DNA of 64,000 nucleotides from Promethearchaeota archaeon (GTDB taxonomy: Archaea; Asgardarchaeota; Lokiarchaeia; Sigyniarchaeales; SOKP01). Under the pieces are notes generated by a model, which was given only the letters and a program-made list of their open reading frames with translations, did no database searches and was not told where the DNA came from. How positions within the stretch are numbered: position 1 is the stretch's first letter; every line of letters starts with the position of its first letter. Location of the stretch: the NCBI GenBank assembly GCA_008080735.1, contig SHMW01000004.1:51169-115168 (forward strand). The letters run 5' to 3'. Of the stretch, positions 60,325 to 64,000 are shown piece after piece. The translations under genes and the position numbers were made by a program.

Positions 60325-62133
60325 CTAATCTTCAGACTCTTCTGACTCTGGTTCGGGAGGTACATAATCTCCTATATCTGGAAATACAATTTTAGCAATC
60401 TCCCATGCTTTTTCAGATGGATATTTTAACGCGCTCTCGATTAATTGCTCTCCGATTTGATTATTAATTTCAATTCGCTTTATCTCCGGATTATTTTCCA
60501 ACATCATTTCATATTTGGCACCTCCAGTTCCTTCAGGAACAATCACTATAGCGGCATCGAGCACTCCATCATTAATGGCGTCTTTTAGGCGTTTTACCGC
60601 GTAATACCCCGCAACACCCGCACTCCTGTCAAAAGTTTTAATGGAGGGTATTTCCATCCCCCATTTCTTTCCCTCAACTTCTACTAATGCTGCGATGGTT
60701 TGACTTCTCTTACCCTTCATGAATTTATATTCCATTTCAGTTTTGAAGGATTTTCCTTTTTCTTCTCCAATCTTTATAATATTTTTAAGCGCCGCTCCCG
60801 CTACCGATTGTGGATTAACTTCGATGGCATATTCTTCTTCTGCTAATATTTCTTCAATCTTTCTCTTAACTGTGTCTCGTGGTTTGGAAAAATCAATTTC
60901 TTCTTCCTTAGGTTCGGGTGCTTTTGCTGTAGCAACTATCTCTACTCCTGCATCCATAAGTTCTTCTACGCTCATCTCGTCCATTACCACCATATCAATA
61001 AAGCGTTTACATAATTTTATCGAATTACGTGGGTTTCCATTTGTTTTCTCATAAATCATTTCAAGTAATTTTTCATTCAATGGAAACAAGGGATAAAGCG
61101 GAGGATTTAAATTATTCTCATCCCAAAATACTTCCATTGTTTTAGAATAGAATATCTTTAGGTCATTTAGACTAAATGGTTTGAGCTCTTGCTCTGGTTC
61201 CATTCGTGATCTTAAGGGGGGATCCGCAATTTCTAATATTCTTGGCCATATTTCTTTTAATACAGCGATAATAATAACTAATCCTTTAACTTCATTATAA
61301 AGTCTTTTTAACACTTCTAAAAATTTTCTTTCGGCATTCTCTCCTAACATTCGATAGGGAGATTCCAATTCATCGAAATATAAAATAAGCACTCTATCTA
61401 AGTTATTTGTGATGATTTTTATCATTGCAAGGCAGATATCATCATCCTCCAATACAGAATTTATCCCGAGTTCATTCAGTTCTTCAGGTTCCAAATCTTC
61501 TCCAAGGAGCCAACGTTCTGCTAAAGCTTTTCGATTTTTATCTAATTGATAGGTGACCAAAGCCTTTACACAATCCGCAAACACTCCTGGAAATTCCCTC
61601 AAACCTTTTTGAATTACTTCATCTATATTCGCTTTTTGAAAAATCCCGCCTTTTTTACCTCCCCATTTTTCCTTTACTAATTTCTCTGAGACAATATCAA
61701 GAAGTTCTGGTCCAACAGATTCGATAATACATGTATATACGTGGAGTAAAACGCGAATGCTGGCGGGCGGACTTGGCACATATATGATTGACCAGTCGAC
61801 GGGTTCCAATTGAGTTGCCTCTAACTCTTCTGTTTCCTCCTCTTCTAATTTCTTTCTATTCTCGATTTCCTTATCTTTAAATGAGTGATATGCATGAGTT
61901 TTACCCGTACCAGCAGAACCCAGAATTGGTAAAAGTCTCGAGGATCTATCTCGATAAGTTTGGCGAACAAGTCGAAAAACTTCACGATCTATATAACTTC
62001 TAGGTCTTGCCACATCCACGGGATCTCTTATATCTCCCCGACTAACGTAGGTACTGAAGGGCATAATAGGGCTTTCTCGTAGAACCTCTAAATACATTTC
62101 TTTCTCATCTTCGCTCAATTCGCTATAACTCAT
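60325..62133 (-). CDS. AAA+/P-loop ATPase with an extra C-terminal domain
   Basis: GSAGTGKT, ILYFDELES, LRSRM (Arg finger), NGNPRNSI (sensor 2). Confidence 0.85.
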   Translation of the reverse strand: MSYSELSEDEKEMYLEVLRESPIMPFSTYVSRGDIRDPVDVARPRSYIDREVFRLVRQTYRDRSSRLLPILGSAGTGKTHAYHSFKDKEIENRKKLEEEETEELEATQLEPVDWSIIYVPSPPASIRVLLHVYTCIIESVGPELLDIVSEKLVKEKWGGKKGGIFQKANIDEVIQKGLREFPGVFADCVKALVTYQLDKNRKALAERWLLGEDLEPEELNELGINSVLEDDDICLAMIKIITNNLDRVLILYFDELESPYRMLGENAERKFLEVLKRLYNEVKGLVIIIAVLKEIWPRILEIADPPLRSRMEPEQELKPFSLNDLKIFYSKTMEVFWDENNLNPPLYPLFPLNEKLLEMIYEKTNGNPRNSIKLCKRFIDMVVMDEMSVEELMDAGVEIVATAKAPEPKEEEIDFSKPRDTVKRKIEEILAEEEYAIEVNPQSVAGAALKNIIKIGEEKGKSFKTEMEYKFMKGKRSQTIAALVEVEGKKWGMEIPSIKTFDRSAGVAGYYAVKRLKDAINDGVLDAAIVIVPEGTGGAKYEMMLENNPEIKRIEINNQIGEQLIESALKYPSEKAWEIAKIVFPDIGDYVPPEPESEESED

Positions 62134-62494
62134 AATGCTTTCAAAATTTATTATGGTAATTGAAATATATTAAGTACAACTAAAATTGGTACCTAAATAA
62201 AACATACTAGCTTTTTTAGTTCTTAAGTATTTATATTTAAACATCCTCTATTAAATTTAATTAAAAATATCTTTAAAAATCATCCAATCACTATTTCTAT
62301 AATTTCATACTTTTATTTACCCATACTTGGTTGGTGAATGATTAAAAGTATTAGGATTAGGACTATTCTCCAAAAAATTAATCCTTCTATTTCAAATTGA
62401 TGTATTTAATTTTTTATAGTAATTTTTTTAGGTTTCCATCATTCATTATATGGTGTGCAATACATTTTTTATAGTATGTAAAAGGTGATAATGA

Positions 62495-63136
62495 ATGCCG
62501 GACAAAGATGATGAGATAGATGAAGAAGAGGAAAATGAAGATGAGGAAAATTTTCAAGGACCATTTGACTTTTTCAAGTTTATGCAAGATCCCGCGAAAT
62601 TATTTAATTCAAAAGAATTTAAATCAATGTTCCAAAATATCTTTCAAAATTTAATGAAAAATCTTCCTGAAAACCTAAAAAACCTTGATCCCGAAGAATT
62701 ACAGAAAGAATTTATGAAGAATAAATCTAAATTCGGTTGGAATGGACCATTTATGGCGGGTTTCAACGTTAATTTCGATTCCGAGGGAAAACCTAAAATC
62801 AATTCATTCGGAAATATTAAAAGTGAGGCTCCTGAAGGACCGAAAGTTGAAGATGCCCGGGAACCATTGGTAGAAGTAACTGAAGAGAAAGATAAAATTA
62901 TCGTCATTGCTGAGATGCCGGGTGTTTCGAAAGAAGATATAGAATTAAAGGCGACTACTCATTCACTCACTATATCAACTGAAGAAAAAGCGCCTTCTGG
63001 AAGGAAATATTTCAAGGAAGTAAGTCTACCGTCTGCAATTAATTCTGGGTATGCAAAAGCCCGATATGCTAATGGGATTCTTGAAGTAAAACTGAAAAAA
63101 TCTGATGAAGAACACACTAATATTAAAGTAGAATGA
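62495..63136 (+). CDS. hsp20: Archaeal small heat-shock protein
   Basis: GPFMAGF...FGN, REPLVEV, AEMPGVSKEDI, YANGILEVKL. Confidence 0.93.
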   Translation: MPDKDDEIDEEEENEDEENFQGPFDFFKFMQDPAKLFNSKEFKSMFQNIFQNLMKNLPENLKNLDPEELQKEFMKNKSKFGWNGPFMAGFNVNFDSEGKPKINSFGNIKSEAPEGPKVEDAREPLVEVTEEKDKIIVIAEMPGVSKEDIELKATTHSLTISTEEKAPSGRKYFKEVSLPSAINSGYAKARYANGILEVKLKKSDEEHTNIKVE

Positions 63137-63195
63137 GTAAATACGTTCCAATTTTTTAAGATGTACTCTATAATAAGAAAAATAATTTAGTAATC

Positions 63196-63624
63196 CTATT
63201 GGTATAACCCTTTCGACTTATCCTCGTCTTTCTTTTTTTCTTGGGCAATTTTTTCCAATAATTTAGCCCCTTCATCATATTTCCTTAAAACTATATTAGC
63301 TAATGCATTTTGTCTTTCTCTAAGTTCAGATAAAGAATTTGCCAGCAGATTCATAACTTGAAATTGCAGATCGCACATCATCCTTTTCTCCTCTTCACCA
63401 CACTCTTCACAATGTTCAGAACAACTCCGCCAATCTTCAAAAAGATAATCAATATTTAAATCGTAGACTCCCACTAACCGTTTTTCACATTCTTCACAAT
63501 TCTTATCTGCCTGAATTTGTAATTCTTCAATCTTCTTATATAGAGATTGGACATAATTCCATTTGCTTGGATCTTTTAGATTCTTAAAATCCTTTTCACT
63601 CAAAAATGCATTTGGAGTGCACAT
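63196..63624 (-). CDS. Hypothetical Cys-rich protein
   Basis: CEEC and CSEHCEEC motifs. ATG 63624 preferred because the ORF-track start (63642) lies inside the IS end. Confidence 0.7.
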   Translation of the reverse strand: MCTPNAFLSEKDFKNLKDPSKWNYVQSLYKKIEELQIQADKNCEECEKRLVGVYDLNIDYLFEDWRSCSEHCEECGEEEKRMMCDLQFQVMNLLANSLSELRERQNALANIVLRKYDEGAKLLEKIAQEKKKDEDKSKGLYQ

Positions 63625-63629
63625 CTCTT

Positions 63630-64000
63630 TTGACCTCAACACTTGCGTGAATCGGTATTATTTAGTACTACTACACATAGGCAGTTTGAGTCATTGCTAA
63701 AAAACTTTTGGGACTCATTTGATACCTTTGTGGCTTGATATTACTTTTATTTAATCTGTCTTTCCTTTTTAACTCTTTTGTGGGGTGCCCGTTTGAAGGG
63801 CAGAATTTGATCGGGGGGGCGGTGAGAAATTTGGTAACCTTTTGCCTTGCTTGATCGCTTAGGCGCTTGCGAGGATCGGAAACCAAGTTTAAATTGTAGG
63901 CAACTGCCCCGAAGGAAAATAATTCTGGATGTTGTTTTCTGCCGATATTCGCAGCACCGTTGACATCTCCGTGAACGATTTTGCCGTGCCGTGATCGGAA
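63630..64000 (-). mobile_element. Right end of an IS200/IS605-family element, including the putative omegaRNA scaffold
   Basis: tnpB 3' end followed by GATTCACGCAAGTGTTGAGGTCAA, a subterminal hairpin with a TCAA terminus at 63630; local GC is higher. Confidence 0.75.
63671..64000 (-). CDS. tnpB: TnpB C-terminus (RuvC-III); 5' part lies outside the window
   Basis: Frame open from 64000: FRSRHGKIVHGDVNGAANIGRK, then continuous with the 63886-63671 ORF. Confidence 0.85.
   Translation of the reverse strand, partial: FRSRHGKIVHGDVNGAANIGRKQHPELFSFGAVAYNLNLVSDPRKRLSDQARQKVTKFLTAPPIKFCPSNGHPTKELKRKDRLNKSNIKPQRYQMSPKSFLAMTQTAYV

Noticed and set aside
1-64000. tRNA, rRNA, CRISPR array
   Set aside because: No cloverleaf, rRNA-like GC-rich tract or regularly spaced repeat array was noticed by eye; small ncRNAs could have been missed.

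Overview
AT-rich (about 30% GC by eye) archaeal window. Gene content points to an Asgard archaeon, probably Lokiarchaeia/Promethearchaeia-like: longin and UEV-like domains, several stand-alone 7TM proteins, HDINN-type histidine kinases, ftr, GH4 and UROD-family paralogs. The strongest finding is a 32-nt insertion (6549-6580, minus strand) in the Walker B/D-loop of an ABC ATPase gene. It folds as an archaeal bulge-helix-bulge (BHB) splice substrate, and canonical cleavage restores the exact motif DEPTT-GVD, so it is a candidate protein-coding mRNA intron. That gene lies in an unusual minus-strand ABC operon (330-11050) with two ABC-2 permeases, an extracellular prenyltransferase-repeat barrel fused through a TM helix to an ABC ATPase, a UEV/RWD-like domain fused to a degenerate ABC ATPase, and a longin-domain membrane protein. 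The window also holds a combined mevalonate/carotenoid cluster (mvaD, HMGR, crtI, crtB, crtZ, an HMG-CoA synthase with a DUF35-like tail, fni), a CarH-type B12-binding protein coupled to a histidine kinase, and corrinoid/methyltransferase genes. There are several chimeric pseudogene scars and the 3' end of an IS200/IS605 tnpB element. All calls come from motif recognition by eye; no database search was run.
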